NCBI RefSeq assembly: GCF_000143415.4
Contig: NW_003314362.1
Location: 577,371-641,370 of the forward strand
Source of the DNA: Selaginella moellendorffii
Taxonomy: Eukaryota > Plantae > Lycopodiophyta
Length of the DNA stretch: 64,000 bases
Reading direction: 5' to 3'
Shown here: in pieces, positions 62,562-64,000 of the stretch
How the letters are laid out: each line of letters starts with the position of its first letter
Position numbering within the stretch: the stretch's first letter is position 1
The notes under the pieces: model-generated
What the model saw: only the letters and a program-made list of their open reading frames with translations
Databases searched by the model: none
Told to the model about the DNA's origin: nothing
Program-made: the position numbers and the translations under genes

Positions 62562-64000
62562 TCAGGGACGACGAAGGCTAGGAGTGTAGACAAGCTTGAG
62601 AACATCCGCAGCTCCAGTCACGAAGGCGCCGATTGGAAGATGAGGCTCCGGCAAGCACTGGAAGTAGACGGCGGAGTTGTGCAGACTGACAAACCAGCAC
62701 TGCATCGTCGGCTCCTCCTTGATGTTATTGCCTTTGTACATGAGAGACCGGCCGTCCCACTTCTTGATATCCCATGCATTGCTCTTCTGAACGGGGATGT
62801 AAAGCAGAAGCGCATGTCCAAAGCCCCACACGTCCATCATCCCGAACATAAGCTCGTTCGTCGGCAGGATATCTCTCGGCACCTGGAGCTCCTCTGTGAT
62901 CACTAGCTTGTCCTGCTCGATCACGGCCTTGGAGAACTTGCTCATATTCTTGTCGACCACGATTACCATAGGCTCCCCATCACTGTCCACCATGAAGCTC
63001 ATAACCATCAAGTCCTCTGGGATGTCCACCAGAGTCGGGATCCACTCCAGTTTGGCGATGTCGAAGCGAGCAATCTTCCCGGGAAGGTTGTGAACGTTGG
63101 TGGTGCAGTAGAGCACCGAGTTTGCGATGAAACTCTGGTGTGCCTTGAACAGCAAGTGGAAAGGGAGCACAAATCCTGCAGGAAACCTGGTGATGGACGT
63201 CCAGGAACCGGTCTCGGAGCAGTAGACGCGCATGAAGGGCTGCTTGTACTCACGAATGTCCGGCACCGGGATGGGGCGGTCTACCGGCTGGACGACGCTC
63301 ATCTCGTACAGTAACCCGCTGATTTCGTCCGCGTCCATCACACCCATGGTGAACACCTTGTATGACGAGGCCGAATGCGAGCACTGCATGCCTGGATGGA
63401 AACCACGGACATTGTGAGTAGAGAAGGAAAAGGTGTAAGCTTCGTTCTTTTCGTTTCAATCAGCTGGAGCTACTTACCGGAGTAGACGATCTCTTCGCCA
63501 GAGCTCATATCCAAAGACGGGAGCTTCTTGGTCTCCTTGGTGAAAGGGTTCACCTAGGAAAAGCAATGAAGAGAATCGTGAGTCTTGTCTAGAGCGATTG
63601 ATCGAGAAAAACGAAAGCTTTCTCCCTGGAAGTGATAGATCGAGAGAAGAAAGGGGAATTTTCTTTCTACACGTACCACGGTGAAATGGCCGTGCTTGTC
63701 CTGGAGCAGCAGGAGGCCGAGCGAGCACGAGACGATGCTAGTGTCCGGTGTCGTGGGGATCCACGGATTCCTCGGCTCGCGAAAGAAGCCCCTTGGCTTG
63801 CCGCTGAGGACATCCATTCCAAAGACAAAGCCATTGCGCGCGAGCATGAAGAGCAACCAGGGCTTGGCGCCGATGACCATGTCATACCTCCGCAAGAAGC
63901 TCTTCGTCGTGGAAATGCGGCGGCAGAACTTGCAAACCGTGCACGATCGCAGGAGATCTTCGAGCGGGAGCTTGGCGAGGATCATCTCCTGGAGCAATCA
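62562..64000 (-). CDS. F-box protein, paralogue of 2694-4123; 5' end beyond the window; exons >64000-63677, 63553-63478, 63391-62562
   Basis: Same exon structure and high similarity to copy 1. The 86-nt intron 63477-63392 restores the frame. Confidence 0.85.

Noticed and set aside
63389-63477. Apparent frameshift and stop in F-box copy 2
   Set aside because: Resolved by an 86-nt GT-AG intron equivalent to the 60-nt intron of copy 1.

Overview
Eukaryotic nuclear DNA from a land plant with flagellated sperm. The short 47-90 nt introns, the CFAP58 gene and the PPR/F-box content suggest a lycophyte such as Selaginella, which is an inference. Host genes: two F-box paralogues, two intronless VEP1/PRISE (progesterone 5-beta-reductase-like) paralogues, a P-class PPR gene, CFAP58, and pseudogenes or fragments (two bulb-type lectin genes, PLS-PPR, 2-Cys peroxiredoxin, a CFAP58 3' piece). 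About half the window is nested transposable elements with readable TSDs. The most notable feature is a 13.4 kb TIR DNA transposon (32456-45845; 24-bp TIRs, 4-bp ATGG TSD). It carries a Sola-like transposase and a divergently transcribed multi-exon cargo gene (ParB-like domain, degenerate amino-methyltransferase-like domain, acidic linker, FCP1/NIF HAD-like domain). It also holds about 28 copies of a 22-bp palindrome, ATGGCRTG-N6-CAYGCCAT, seen only inside the element and often inside the cargo gene's small introns. This looks like a possible self-targeting protein/site system, reminiscent of ParB-parS or VANC anti-silencing. Domain assignments are by-eye motif recognition and need profile or structure searches.
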